A model generated the notes under the pieces. That model was not told the origin of the DNA. It saw nothing but the letters and a program-made list of their open reading frames with translations, and did not search any database. This document shows, in pieces, positions 48,133-57,584 of a DNA stretch of 64,000 nt (positions within the stretch are counted from its first letter, which is position 1; the number at the start of each line of letters is the position of its first letter). The position numbers and the translations under genes were made by a program. Source of the DNA: a virus; IMG/VR virus record IMGVR_UViG_3300044619_001118, positions 1 through 64,000 of that record; one strand, given 5' to 3'.

Positions 48133-48876
48133 ATGTCAAGTTCAATACGTTTAAAAAATTTAGTTAAAGAAAATTCAATGCAGGCAGTTTTAAAAGAAAC
48201 TCTGCAAAGATTGAATGAAGAAGATGTTGACCCGAAGGTTGAGGACGAAGTAGAAAAGGCATTTAAAGACGCAATGAATAAGGCAATGACTGATTTTTCT
48301 GCAGCTGGAAAAGAAGCTGAAAAGAAAACAGACGACGAAAATGCGGTTAAAGCTGCTCTTAAAAAGACACCGGAACTTGAAAAGGTAGCAAATGAATCAC
48401 TTCGTAGACGTAATAAGGCGCTAATGGAAGGAAACATCAAAGAGCAACAAATAAATGAAATTGGTGTTCTTTTTGCAGTTTCTCTTGCAGTTGCAATACC
48501 ACGTATAGTTGAACTTGTTGGTAAAGCTGTAAAAGTAATAACAATTGCTATGGGTGGAAAGGGGTCTGTTGGTGATAAACTCGAAAAGGCAGGACATAAG
48601 TGGCACGATGTTATCATCAAAATGCTCATGAAAGGTTTAACACTTATTCCTGGTTTTAAGGAATTACCACCCGATAAGCAAGAAAAGATTGCAAAAATCG
48701 CCCATACAGTTATTGTTGCTGGTTTGGCTGTTTATTCTGGTACACAAGCTGTTGACGCAGTTATACAAGGTAAATCAGCACTAGCTGGTGTAGAGGGAGC
48801 TCTCGCAGCAGTAAAAGCAGGAGAGTTGGGTATTACAAAATTTATTTCTGCCGCTATTGCAAAAATCTTAGGTTGA
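48133..48876 (+). CDS. Putative head-internal protein with hydrophobic C-terminal helices
   Basis: N-terminal IRLKNLVKE and several LxE/IxE sites; hydrophobic segments in the C-terminal half. Confidence 0.55.
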   Translation: MSSSIRLKNLVKENSMQAVLKETLQRLNEEDVDPKVEDEVEKAFKDAMNKAMTDFSAAGKEAEKKTDDENAVKAALKKTPELEKVANESLRRRNKALMEGNIKEQQINEIGVLFAVSLAVAIPRIVELVGKAVKVITIAMGGKGSVGDKLEKAGHKWHDVIIKMLMKGLTLIPGFKELPPDKQEKIAKIAHTVIVAGLAVYSGTQAVDAVIQGKSALAGVEGALAAVKAGELGITKFISAAIAKILG

Positions 48877-48902
48877 TTATACTTAAAAATAATATACAAA
48901 AC

Positions 48903-48930
48903 AGGGTGGCTTCGGTCACCCTTTTTGTTT
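48903..48930 (+). terminator. Intrinsic terminator
   Basis: agggtggc-ttcg-gtcaccct with a UUCG loop, followed by ttttgttt. Confidence 0.88.
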
Positions 48931-48951
48931 TAAGATAACTATTTATAGAAT

Positions 48952-49545
48952 ATGGAACTAGCAATCAACTACATACAGTTAATCATATCGAGCACCGTTA
49001 CACTCATCGGTGTGTTTCTCTCGTGGTTCCTAAAATACAAGTATGGCGAATATAAGCACAAAAAGATTAATCGTGAAATTTCTCAATCAAAACTTGTCCA
49101 AACAATTATAGAACAACAACTTGATGAATATGGTGCCCAACGTGCCTTTATTTTACAGCGTCACAACGGTGGTAAATATGGCAGTGGTCGTTCTATGAAC
49201 AAACTATCCACAACATTTGAAGCACTAGAAGAAGGTGTGAGTACCGAATTTAAAGAATATCAAAATTTACCGATTTCACTTTACTCTAATTTTATAGATA
49301 CCGTTCAAAATGAACGTGCCATATTTCCAACTGTGGAATCCATAGATGATATTTTGACACGAGCATTTTTCATCCAACGAGGAACTAAATCAGCTATCGT
49401 TTATCCTATATTAAAAGGTGTAGAATTAATCGGTATAGTTGGTTTTGAGTGGACACATAAAGTAGAAAAGAATATAGAACAATCATATGTTCAGTATAAA
49501 CAAGGCGGCAAAGTTATAGGAGAAACCCTTTCCAAATTATTGTAG
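48952..49545 (+). CDS. Single-TM protein with GAF-like soluble domain (possible T4 T-type holin)
   Basis: One N-terminal TM, then RAFILQRHNGG...GTKSAIVYPI....LIGIVGFEW GAF-like pattern. Confidence 0.5.
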   Translation: MELAINYIQLIISSTVTLIGVFLSWFLKYKYGEYKHKKINREISQSKLVQTIIEQQLDEYGAQRAFILQRHNGGKYGSGRSMNKLSTTFEALEEGVSTEFKEYQNLPISLYSNFIDTVQNERAIFPTVESIDDILTRAFFIQRGTKSAIVYPILKGVELIGIVGFEWTHKVEKNIEQSYVQYKQGGKVIGETLSKLL

Positions 49546-49553
49546 GAGTTTTT

Positions 49554-50273
49554 ATGATAAATGAAAATACAGAAGAGTACATTGATGAAGAAGTCGGCGG
49601 TATCGAAGTTTCTGGTATAAAGAAAGGGCGGAAACAAATAAAAAACAAGATACATTTCAACTTATCGTTGAATGCAGAACAAAAAGAAGTAAAGGCAAAT
49701 ATACTCAGAGACACCATCTCTGTTTTAACAGGAAAAGCTGGCTCTGGTAAAACACTTCTTGCAACACAAATTGCTCTTGAACATCTATTCTATCGTGAAG
49801 TTGAAAGAATTATCATCACACGACCAACAGTTTCTAATGAAGATATTGGATTCTTACCGGGTGATATAAAGGAAAAGATGAATCCGTGGGTTGCTCCAAT
49901 CCATGCAAATATGTATATGTTATATGGTAAGCCAAAGATTGAAAAACTCATAAACGAAAACATAATTGAAATTGCACCGATTTCATTCCTTCGTGGTAGA
50001 ACATTCGTAAATGCGTGTGTTATCGTCGATGAAGCACAGAACGTAACGAAATCACAGATGGAGATGATTCTTTCTCGTCTCGGTACAAATTCGAAGATGT
50101 TAATTTGTGGTGATGTTACACAAACTGATTTAAAGAATAAGAAAGACAGTGGTTTCCCATATTTATTTAATATGGTCAACTCTGTTCCTGGTCTTGGTGT
50201 ATATGAATTAAAAACAAATCACCGCCATCCAATAGTTGACAATATATTGAATTATTTTGAAGAACAGAAATAA
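49554..50273 (+). CDS. phoH: PhoH-family ATPase
   Basis: GKAGSGKT, ITRP, GFLPG..KEK, FLRGRTF, IVDEAQN, GD.TQTD, HRHPIV. Confidence 0.95.
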   Translation: MINENTEEYIDEEVGGIEVSGIKKGRKQIKNKIHFNLSLNAEQKEVKANILRDTISVLTGKAGSGKTLLATQIALEHLFYREVERIIITRPTVSNEDIGFLPGDIKEKMNPWVAPIHANMYMLYGKPKIEKLINENIIEIAPISFLRGRTFVNACVIVDEAQNVTKSQMEMILSRLGTNSKMLICGDVTQTDLKNKKDSGFPYLFNMVNSVPGLGVYELKTNHRHPIVDNILNYFEEQK

Positions 50274-50282
50274 GAGAAATAA

Positions 50283-51413
50283 ATGGTAGAAATTCCTATA
50301 TGGCCTGGTAGTTCAAGTTTCTCAACAGGTAGTACACCGTTCGGATTCTTTGATACCGATGCCACATTTCAAACCGATGCAGATAACGTCGCAGATTGGT
50401 GTGCGAAACGTCTTGGTTATCCACTTGTAGACATAGAACTTCAGGCCGGTAACTTTTATGCTTGTTTTGAAGAAGCCATATCTGAATATTCAAACCATGT
50501 AAATCAGTTTAATATCCAACAAAATATGTTGAGTATCATGGGAACACCGACCACAAATGAGTTGACCCATAGAAATATCTCAACAAACATGGGTGGTCTT
50601 GTTCAATTAGCAACTGAATATGGTTCAGAAACATTTACGAACGGTAATGTTAATTTTTATACTGCATCTATTTCAATTGCAACTGGTGTTCAACTTTATA
50701 ATCTTGATAAATTGATTCGTGATATAAAGTCACCAACTGGTTCTATTGAAATTAAACGAGTACACCATTATGCTCCACCTGCATCTATTCGTTTCTATGA
50801 CCCATACTTGGGTAATCAGGCGATGTTAGATACGTTCGGCTTCGGTGCATATTCAACAGGTGTATCATTCATGTTGATGCCTATGTATGCAGACTTACTT
50901 CGTATTCAGGCAATTGAGTTTAATGATTTGATGAGAAAGTCATCTTATGGATTTGAACTTATAAACAATCAATTAAGAATACATCCTATTCCTGTAAAAG
51001 ATTTTACACTTTGGATAGAATACATTGTAAAAGAAGAACGTGCAAATCCGTTGAAATATCCGGGTGGAACAGTATCGGATATATCAAATGCGCCATACTC
51101 AAGAATGCAATATGGTAACATCAATTCCGTTGGTCGTCAATGGATTTATCGTTACACACTTGCTCTTGTAAAGGAAAACTTGGGATATATTCGTGGTAAG
51201 TACGGAACAATTCCAATTCCAAATGGTGAAACAACTTTGAATGCGGCAGACCTATTAACTGCTGCAAGTGCAGAAAAAACACAGTTGATTGAAGAATTGA
51301 GAACAATGTTAGATACAATGACTCGTTCAAAACTTCTTGAAGCAAAACGTGCAGAGACAGAACATTTAAATGTTGCTCTGAACGGAACTCCTTTAAAGAT
51401 TTATGTGGGATAA
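50283..51413 (+). CDS. Neck / head-tail adaptor protein (gp13-like)
   Basis: RLGYPLVDIEL, W...YTLAL.KE.LG..RGKY..IP.P.GE.TLN; position before tail genes. Confidence 0.75.
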   Translation: MVEIPIWPGSSSFSTGSTPFGFFDTDATFQTDADNVADWCAKRLGYPLVDIELQAGNFYACFEEAISEYSNHVNQFNIQQNMLSIMGTPTTNELTHRNISTNMGGLVQLATEYGSETFTNGNVNFYTASISIATGVQLYNLDKLIRDIKSPTGSIEIKRVHHYAPPASIRFYDPYLGNQAMLDTFGFGAYSTGVSFMLMPMYADLLRIQAIEFNDLMRKSSYGFELINNQLRIHPIPVKDFTLWIEYIVKEERANPLKYPGGTVSDISNAPYSRMQYGNINSVGRQWIYRYTLALVKENLGYIRGKYGTIPIPNGETTLNAADLLTAASAEKTQLIEELRTMLDTMTRSKLLEAKRAETEHLNVALNGTPLKIYVG

Positions 51414-51416
51414 TAG

Positions 51417-51941
51417 ATGCCATTATTTCACGGACAAAGGGATGCTGGTTTAGTCCATCGATTCAATACAGAATTGATAGTGGATATAATTGACACGGAA
51501 GTTGGACTTTATAAACTTTCGTTGGTAGATACAAAAAGTAATATCTATGATGAGTCAGACAAAAAGGTTTATCAATTACCGATAAAACTACCAGCACTTA
51601 TCAATCGTCAGCCACAGACATTTGAAGGAACGGAGTTTGGACAAGATTATACACAGCCCTGTGACTTTGGATTCATCCGTGAATATCTGAAGAAGGTGAA
51701 TACTTACATTGAAGTTGGTGACGTAATAGAATACAACGGGGAATACTGGGAAGTCGATGGTATTCTTGAAAATCAATACTTCGGTGGTAAGAATCCTGAT
51801 TATTCTTTTGCAACGGAAAGATGGGGACATAACGTCTCTATTATAGCTAACACACACTTGACAAGACGTTCTCGTATCCATGTGGAAGAAGTTCGTTCTG
51901 CTCCAAGAATGGATAACAACGATTTACCGGATAACATCTAA
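51417..51941 (+). CDS. Neck / head-closure protein (gp14-like)
   Basis: NIYDES..K, EVGDVIEY...YWEVD; follows the gp13-like gene. Confidence 0.6.
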   Translation: MPLFHGQRDAGLVHRFNTELIVDIIDTEVGLYKLSLVDTKSNIYDESDKKVYQLPIKLPALINRQPQTFEGTEFGQDYTQPCDFGFIREYLKKVNTYIEVGDVIEYNGEYWEVDGILENQYFGGKNPDYSFATERWGHNVSIIANTHLTRRSRIHVEEVRSAPRMDNNDLPDNI

Positions 51942-52939
51942 TGAAAAACTCATCCCCATACCGTAAAGCACCGATAAAAAGAACAAGAGATTCTTTCATA
52001 GATGATAAAAATTCAGTTGAAAATCCAAGAACAGATTTTGGTCAAGCACGTCATAGAGAAGTTCGTCGGGATAAAGACAAAGTTAAAAGCTTAGGTATAA
52101 CACTCTATGATGTTGATTTTGCGGTCAAATCGTATATTGACCAAACAATGCAACTTAAAGTTGAAGACAATGGTGAATTCATACCCGTACCAACTTTATA
52201 TGCAAACTCAGAAAAATGGGCATCAATACAAAAGAACGGTTATCTAAAAGATAAAAAAGGAAAGACACTCGTTCCTCTTATCACATTTAGACGTTCTGCC
52301 GTTAACATGAAACAAGAGTTAAGACGTAATAAGGTTGCAACAACAAACCAACTTGGTTACGTTATGCAACAAAAATACAGTAAGATGGCACCATATGATA
52401 AGTTCTCAACATTATATGGGTCAAAGAAACCACAGGAATATTATGTAACACCAATTCCAGATTATGTTGATGTGACATATGACTTTATTCTTTGGTGTGA
52501 ATATCAAACTCAGCTGAACCACGTAATAGAAAATTTTGTATATTATGCAGGTAAATCTTTTGGTGAAAAAAATTTCTTCAAATTTTCTACAAACATAGAT
52601 TCTATAACGATGGAGGATAATAATACAACTGGTCAAGATAGGGTTGTTCGTGCTACCTTTCAAATAACTGTACACGCATATCTTCTACCAAAAGATGTTG
52701 CTGGTGAGGTTACAACAAAACGAGTGGTATCTCCTAATAAGATAAGTTTTGTATCTGAGGCATTTGCAGATATTAATACTGCCTTTGCACAAAATGATAG
52801 ACTATACAATAGTCAAAACTTTAAATCTCTTAATAGGGACGAACAAGAAAAGTTGGAAGATTTACAAAGAAGGCTAAATGACTTTACTGATAAATCTCTA
52901 AACAAGAGTCCAGATGTATATCCAACGGAATTAGATTAA
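51941..52939 (+). CDS. Tail completion / sheath terminator (gp15-like)
   Basis: VP.LYA..EKW, PLITF.R, P.YVDVTYDFILW...Q.N..IE; neck-tail position. Confidence 0.6.
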   Translation: MKNSSPYRKAPIKRTRDSFIDDKNSVENPRTDFGQARHREVRRDKDKVKSLGITLYDVDFAVKSYIDQTMQLKVEDNGEFIPVPTLYANSEKWASIQKNGYLKDKKGKTLVPLITFRRSAVNMKQELRRNKVATTNQLGYVMQQKYSKMAPYDKFSTLYGSKKPQEYYVTPIPDYVDVTYDFILWCEYQTQLNHVIENFVYYAGKSFGEKNFFKFSTNIDSITMEDNNTTGQDRVVRATFQITVHAYLLPKDVAGEVTTKRVVSPNKISFVSEAFADINTAFAQNDRLYNSQNFKSLNRDEQEKLEDLQRRLNDFTDKSLNKSPDVYPTELD

Positions 52940-52978
52940 TATTTATATTTATAATGTTTCATTTACGATGAGGTTTTT

Positions 52979-53263
52979 ATGTCAGAACAAGTTGGACAAG
53001 AATTTGCAGCGGAGGATATTGAAGCTGTGAAAAATTTACAATCAAACTATGCAACCAATACAGCACAGATTGGACAAGTTGAAGTTGAGTTGCATCTTTT
53101 GAATAAACGTTTAGAACAAATTCAAGAGTTACGAACGAATTTGTTTCAAACATATGAAGATTTACAAACTAAAGAAAAAGAACTCGTAGAGCAACTAAAC
53201 CAAAAATATGGCGATGGTGTTCTTGATTTGGATTCTGGAAGATTTATTCCATCTGCTTCGTAA
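52979..53263 (+). CDS. Small coiled-coil hypothetical protein
   Basis: 94 aa heptads ending KYGDGVLDLDSGRFIP. Confidence 0.7.
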   Translation: MSEQVGQEFAAEDIEAVKNLQSNYATNTAQIGQVEVELHLLNKRLEQIQELRTNLFQTYEDLQTKEKELVEQLNQKYGDGVLDLDSGRFIPSAS

Positions 53264-53280
53264 TTTAGATTTTTTTATCT

Positions 53281-53289
53281 ATATTTATA
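53281..53289 (+). promoter_or_regulatory. Late-promoter-like motif before the sheath gene
   Basis: atatttata(g), 38 nt upstream of the GTG start. Confidence 0.65.
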
Positions 53290-53327
53290 GAAGAGATAAT
53301 TACATCAATTTTTTTTGGAGATAAATA

Positions 53328-55766
53328 GTGGCTAATGAAAGAATTGTAAGTCCTGGTGTGTTTACGATAGAAAAGGACCTTTCATTCTTACCACAAGGTA
53401 TTGGACAAATTGGAGCTGCCCTCGTCGGACCAACGATGAAAGGCCCTGCATTTGTTCCTACTGTGGTTGAAGGGTACAACGATTTCGTAACTCAATTCGG
53501 TGGCACATATGAGCAATCATACTTGCCTTATACAGCAAAAAGTTATCTGAACAACGCCGGTAGTGCAACTATCGTTCGCGTACTAGGTTCAGGTGGATAT
53601 ACACTTAAACACCCCCTTGCACTCGTTGCAACAGGTAGTTGGGGTAAAAAGTTAATATCTGTTCTTCACCCAACATTTGTTGTTTCAAGTGATGATTCAA
53701 CATCATTGTTTGCACAATCAACATTGGGTTCTAACAATAGTGGTTCGTTTGTTCTTACAGTTTCTGGTGCTTTTGCAACAGATACATCGGCATTTACAAA
53801 CGCAATAAATGAAAACGGAATACCATACAGTGCTTCTATTAATCCAGAATCAACTGCATTCGTTGGTGACCTTTATGGATATAACCCATACGGCACACAC
53901 GCTGTTTACAACTATGTAAACTTCAAATGGCAGGCATCTGCTTCACTTGCTTCTGACGGTGCAACAAGAATATTGATTGAAACTGGTTCAGCATCATCGC
54001 CATGGGATTTCAGTGATGATTATCTCGAAGCATATACTCCGTATGTGACTTCACAAAAAGTCGGTGGATTGGCAACAAATCTCTTCCGTTTTGCAACACT
54101 TTCACACGGTATTCACGCTAACTATGAAGTTAAAGTCGGTATCGCAAACATTCGTCCAGCTGGCACAATCGCTGGTTCTGAATACGGTGACTTTGATGTT
54201 GTAATTCGTTATGTAGACCAATCAAAGGTTCCACAAACACCATTCACAACAGAAGACGATGACCTTCGTCCAAATGTAGTAGAGCAGTTCAAGGTTAACC
54301 TTGACCCTAACTCTCCAAAGTATATCTCCCGTGTTATCGGCGATAGATATATCACAGTAACATCTGAAGGTAAAGTTGTTGTAAACGGTGATTATTCGAA
54401 CAAGTCAAAGTATGTCCGTGTTGAAGTAACGGACGCAGTTAATAACGGTGGTATTTCACCAACATTGGTTCCTTTCGGATTCCGTGCACCGGTATCTCCA
54501 ATTCCAATCGGATTTACTGCACCTCCTGCGGCATCTTATGTTGCTTCTCAAACAGCTGGTGGTGCTTATAATCGTCGAGTATATTGGGGATTCAGCTATG
54601 ATTTCTCAAATACAGACAACTTCAACTACCTCCGTCCACTTCCAGTATCTGTAAATCAAACAACTGGTTCAAATGTTGACTTCTATCTTGGCGATTACAA
54701 TCAACCAGCTGGTGCAAACTTCCCAAGTTCTGCTGGCGGATATAGCTCTTCGATTGACTTAACAACAAATACTGCACTTGACACACGTAAGTTTATGATT
54801 CCGTTCCAAGGCGGATTTGATGGACACAAGCCACATCTTCAAAAGAAGACAGGTACATACATCGAAGCTGGTAACACACAAGGTTTTGATATTTCTTCAA
54901 CAGGCGCTGATGGTTATACATCATATAAGAAGGGTCTTGACGCAATATCTAACTCTGATGAATTTGACATCAACATGATTGTAACTCCTGGTGTTCTTCA
55001 CTCGTTGCACTCACCAATCACAACATACGCAAAGGATGTTTGTGAAGACCGTGGTGACGCTTTCTATGTGATGGACGGTAACGCTATCGCTGACAATATC
55101 GCAACAGCTGTTTCAACTGTTGAAGGTCTTGACACAAACTATGCGGCTACATACTATCCGTGGGTTAAGATTCTTGACTTCGATAGAAACAAGCCAATTT
55201 GGGTTCCACCGTCTGTTGTTCTTCCGGGTGTTATTGCATTCAACGACCGTGTTTCTGCTGAATGGTTCGCTCCTGCTGGTCTGAACCGTGGTGGTCTCAC
55301 AGAAGTTCTTGAAGTTAAGACACGTCTTACACACTCAGAGCGTGACACACTTTATGAAGGTCGTATCAACCCAATCGCAGTATTCCCATCAACAGGAGTA
55401 TGTGTATGGGGTCAGAAGACACTTCAAGGTCGTCCATCTGCTCTTGACCGTATCAACGTCCGTCGTCTCTTGATTGCAGCTAAGAAGTTCATCGCTTCGT
55501 CTACACGTTACCTTGTATTCGAACAAAATACAACACAAACACGTACACGATTCCTGAACATCGTAACTCCTTACTTGGAGTCGATTCAACAACGTCAAGG
55601 TTTGTATGCATTCCGTGTTATCATGGATGAGTCAAACAATACACCTGACATCATCGACCGTAACATTCTTTATGGTCAATTGTTCTTACAACCTGCGAAG
55701 ACTGCTGAATTCATCATTCTTGACTTCAACATTCAATCAACAGGTGCGGCATTCCCAGGTGCTTAA
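53328..55766 (+). CDS. Contractile tail sheath (gp18-like)
   Basis: SPGVFTIEKDLS, WFAPAGLNRG, LYEGRINPI, WGQKTL, DRINVRRL, P.KTAEFI.LDF; GTG start with GGAG. Confidence 0.95.
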   Translation: MANERIVSPGVFTIEKDLSFLPQGIGQIGAALVGPTMKGPAFVPTVVEGYNDFVTQFGGTYEQSYLPYTAKSYLNNAGSATIVRVLGSGGYTLKHPLALVATGSWGKKLISVLHPTFVVSSDDSTSLFAQSTLGSNNSGSFVLTVSGAFATDTSAFTNAINENGIPYSASINPESTAFVGDLYGYNPYGTHAVYNYVNFKWQASASLASDGATRILIETGSASSPWDFSDDYLEAYTPYVTSQKVGGLATNLFRFATLSHGIHANYEVKVGIANIRPAGTIAGSEYGDFDVVIRYVDQSKVPQTPFTTEDDDLRPNVVEQFKVNLDPNSPKYISRVIGDRYITVTSEGKVVVNGDYSNKSKYVRVEVTDAVNNGGISPTLVPFGFRAPVSPIPIGFTAPPAASYVASQTAGGAYNRRVYWGFSYDFSNTDNFNYLRPLPVSVNQTTGSNVDFYLGDYNQPAGANFPSSAGGYSSSIDLTTNTALDTRKFMIPFQGGFDGHKPHLQKKTGTYIEAGNTQGFDISSTGADGYTSYKKGLDAISNSDEFDINMIVTPGVLHSLHSPITTYAKDVCEDRGDAFYVMDGNAIADNIATAVSTVEGLDTNYAATYYPWVKILDFDRNKPIWVPPSVVLPGVIAFNDRVSAEWFAPAGLNRGGLTEVLEVKTRLTHSERDTLYEGRINPIAVFPSTGVCVWGQKTLQGRPSALDRINVRRLLIAAKKFIASSTRYLVFEQNTTQTRTRFLNIVTPYLESIQQRQGLYAFRVIMDESNNTPDIIDRNILYGQLFLQPAKTAEFIILDFNIQSTGAAFPGA

Positions 55767-55776
55767 TGAAATAATA

Positions 55777-55808
55777 GGGGGAGTTGAAATATACTCCCCC
55801 AATTTTTT
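55777..55808 (+). terminator. Intrinsic terminator after sheath
   Basis: gggggagt-tgaaatat-actccccc then aatttttt. Confidence 0.7.
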
Positions 55809-55856
55809 AAAAGCATCATATTTATATGAAAGAGATTTTTAAACTTGGAGAAATAA

Positions 55857-56345
55857 ATGGCTGAATTACTGGATCCTACCGAAGTATTTTTTACCCCATA
55901 TGAACCGAAACTTGCTAACCGGTTTATTATGTACATCGAAGGTGTTCCTGCTTATCTCATCAAAGGTGCAAGTAGACCAAACATTAACTTTAACCCTATC
56001 ACACTTGACCACATCAATGTGAAGCGTAAGGTTAAGGGTAAAGGTGAATGGCAGGATGTCACTATCAAGCTATATGACCCAATCGTTCCATCAGCTGCAC
56101 AGGCAGTCATGGAGTGGGTTCGTCTATCACACGAGTCTGTAACAGGTCGTGATGGTTATTCTGACTTCTATAAGAAGGACATTACATTCAACGTTCTTGG
56201 TCCAGTTGGTGACAAGGTTGAAGAATGGACTTTGAAGGGTGCGTTTATCACAGCAACAACATTTGGTGATATGGATTGGTCAACAGATAACTTTGTTGAA
56301 ATTTCCCTCACACTTGCTTACGATTACGCAATCCTCCAATACTAA
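55857..56345 (+). CDS. Tail tube protein (gp19-like)
   Basis: EPK..NRF, W..VTI.LYDPI, MEW.R, YKKDI....LGPVG..VEEW.L.GAF, L.YDYA; directly after the sheath. Confidence 0.9.
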   Translation: MAELLDPTEVFFTPYEPKLANRFIMYIEGVPAYLIKGASRPNINFNPITLDHINVKRKVKGKGEWQDVTIKLYDPIVPSAAQAVMEWVRLSHESVTGRDGYSDFYKKDITFNVLGPVGDKVEEWTLKGAFITATTFGDMDWSTDNFVEISLTLAYDYAILQY

Positions 56346-56364
56346 AATTTAGTAAGGAAAACTT

Positions 56365-56405
56365 TGTGGGTATCTCGAATTTTTTCGGGATACCCATATT
56401 TATTT
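56365..56405 (+). terminator. Hairpin / probable terminator overlapping the late-promoter-like motif
   Basis: 15-bp stem tgtgggtatctcgaa-tttt-ttcgggatacccata (2 GU pairs), followed by tttattt. Confidence 0.65.
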
Positions 56406-56445
56406 ATACGAACAATATTGTTTAATTTAGTTACAGGATTATGTT

Positions 56446-57315
56446 ATGGCACAGTTACCAACTGGTTATGAAGCCCCAAAAAATGCTATGGAAATGAGTG
56501 ACGAAGAACTCAAAGCCAATTTGATGGCAGATTTCAAGCAAACTTCAGTCAAGAAATCAAACTTTCCAACAGAAATTGTCCCACTCCCGTCCAAAGGTTT
56601 ACTTTACCCAGAGGGACATCCACTTGCAGACGGTACTATCGAAATGAAGTATATGACTGCAAAGGAAGAAGATATTCTCACATCACAGAACCTTATTAAA
56701 CAAGGCGTGGTATTAGATAAATTGTTTGAGTCACTCATTGTTACTCCAATTAATTATGGTGACCTTTACGTCGGTGATAAGAACGCAATCATGGTTGCAG
56801 CAAGAATTTTAGGTTATGGCAAAGATTATGTAGTAGAAATTGACGACCCGTTTTCACCAGGTACTAAACAAAAAGTTACAATTGATTTGACTCAAATAGA
56901 GCACAAGGAGGTGGATTATTCTCTATTCGAGCACAGGAAGAATGAGTTCGACTTCCAACTGCCTCAGTCGAAACGGGTCGTCACATTTCGTTTGATGACT
57001 CATGAATTGGAAAAACAAATTCAAACAGAAATAAAGAGTATGAACAAAACACAAGTTCGTACTGGAATTGATAGAGAATTAACAACAAGATTGAAAAATA
57101 TCATTGTTGCTATTGATGGTGAATCTGGTAGGGCAACTGTAAATAATTTTGTTGATAACGAATTGTTTGCGGTTGATTCACGAGCTCTTCGTGCTCATAT
57201 CAAGGATATGTCACCTGACCTTGATATGGGATTCACATTTATTTCAGATACTACTGGTGACGTAAAGGAGATGGAAATCCCTATGGGAGTTTCATTTTTT
57301 TGGCCTGGGAATTGA
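56446..57315 (+). CDS. Baseplate hub / tail assembly chaperone (gp26-like)
   Basis: LPSKG..YP, MTAKEEDIL, GDKNAI..AARI..YG, DSRALR, ends FFWP; between tube and tape measure. Confidence 0.75.
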   Translation: MAQLPTGYEAPKNAMEMSDEELKANLMADFKQTSVKKSNFPTEIVPLPSKGLLYPEGHPLADGTIEMKYMTAKEEDILTSQNLIKQGVVLDKLFESLIVTPINYGDLYVGDKNAIMVAARILGYGKDYVVEIDDPFSPGTKQKVTIDLTQIEHKEVDYSLFEHRKNEFDFQLPQSKRVVTFRLMTHELEKQIQTEIKSMNKTQVRTGIDRELTTRLKNIIVAIDGESGRATVNNFVDNELFAVDSRALRAHIKDMSPDLDMGFTFISDTTGDVKEMEIPMGVSFFWPGN

Positions 57316-57529
57316 TTATAAATTAGCATTACACGAGGAGATATTCTCTTTATGTTATCATGGTCAAGGTGGGTTCACTTGGGATGAAGTTTATGGATTG
57401 CCTATACATTTGCGAAGATTCTATATTAAAAAGATTATAGATACAGTCGAGGCAAAAAACAAGGCACAATCAGAATCACAAAGAACATCAACTTCAAAAT
57501 CAAAACCACCAAGTTTTAGACCTAAATAG
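57302..57529 (+). CDS. Start-less 75-codon ORF (gp51 / second chaperone-like), probably expressed by frameshift from the 56446 gene
   Basis: GLGIDYKLALHEEIFSLCYHGQGGFTWDEVYGLPIHLRRFYIKKIIDTVEAKNKAQ...RPK*; in-frame TAA at 57263 and no ATG/GTG before or within it; T7 run at 57295-57301. Confidence 0.7.
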   Translation, partial: GLGIDYKLALHEEIFSLCYHGQGGFTWDEVYGLPIHLRRFYIKKIIDTVEAKNKAQSESQRTSTSKSKPPSFRPK

Positions 57530-57533
57530 TTTT

Positions 57534-57570
57534 TGGTTCACATATTTATATGTATGTGGACCATTTTTTT
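57534..57570 (+). terminator. Terminator hairpin containing the late-promoter-like motif
   Basis: tggttcacata-tttatatg-tatgtggacca followed by seven T. Confidence 0.7.
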
Positions 57571-57584
57571 ATATGGAGTTTATT

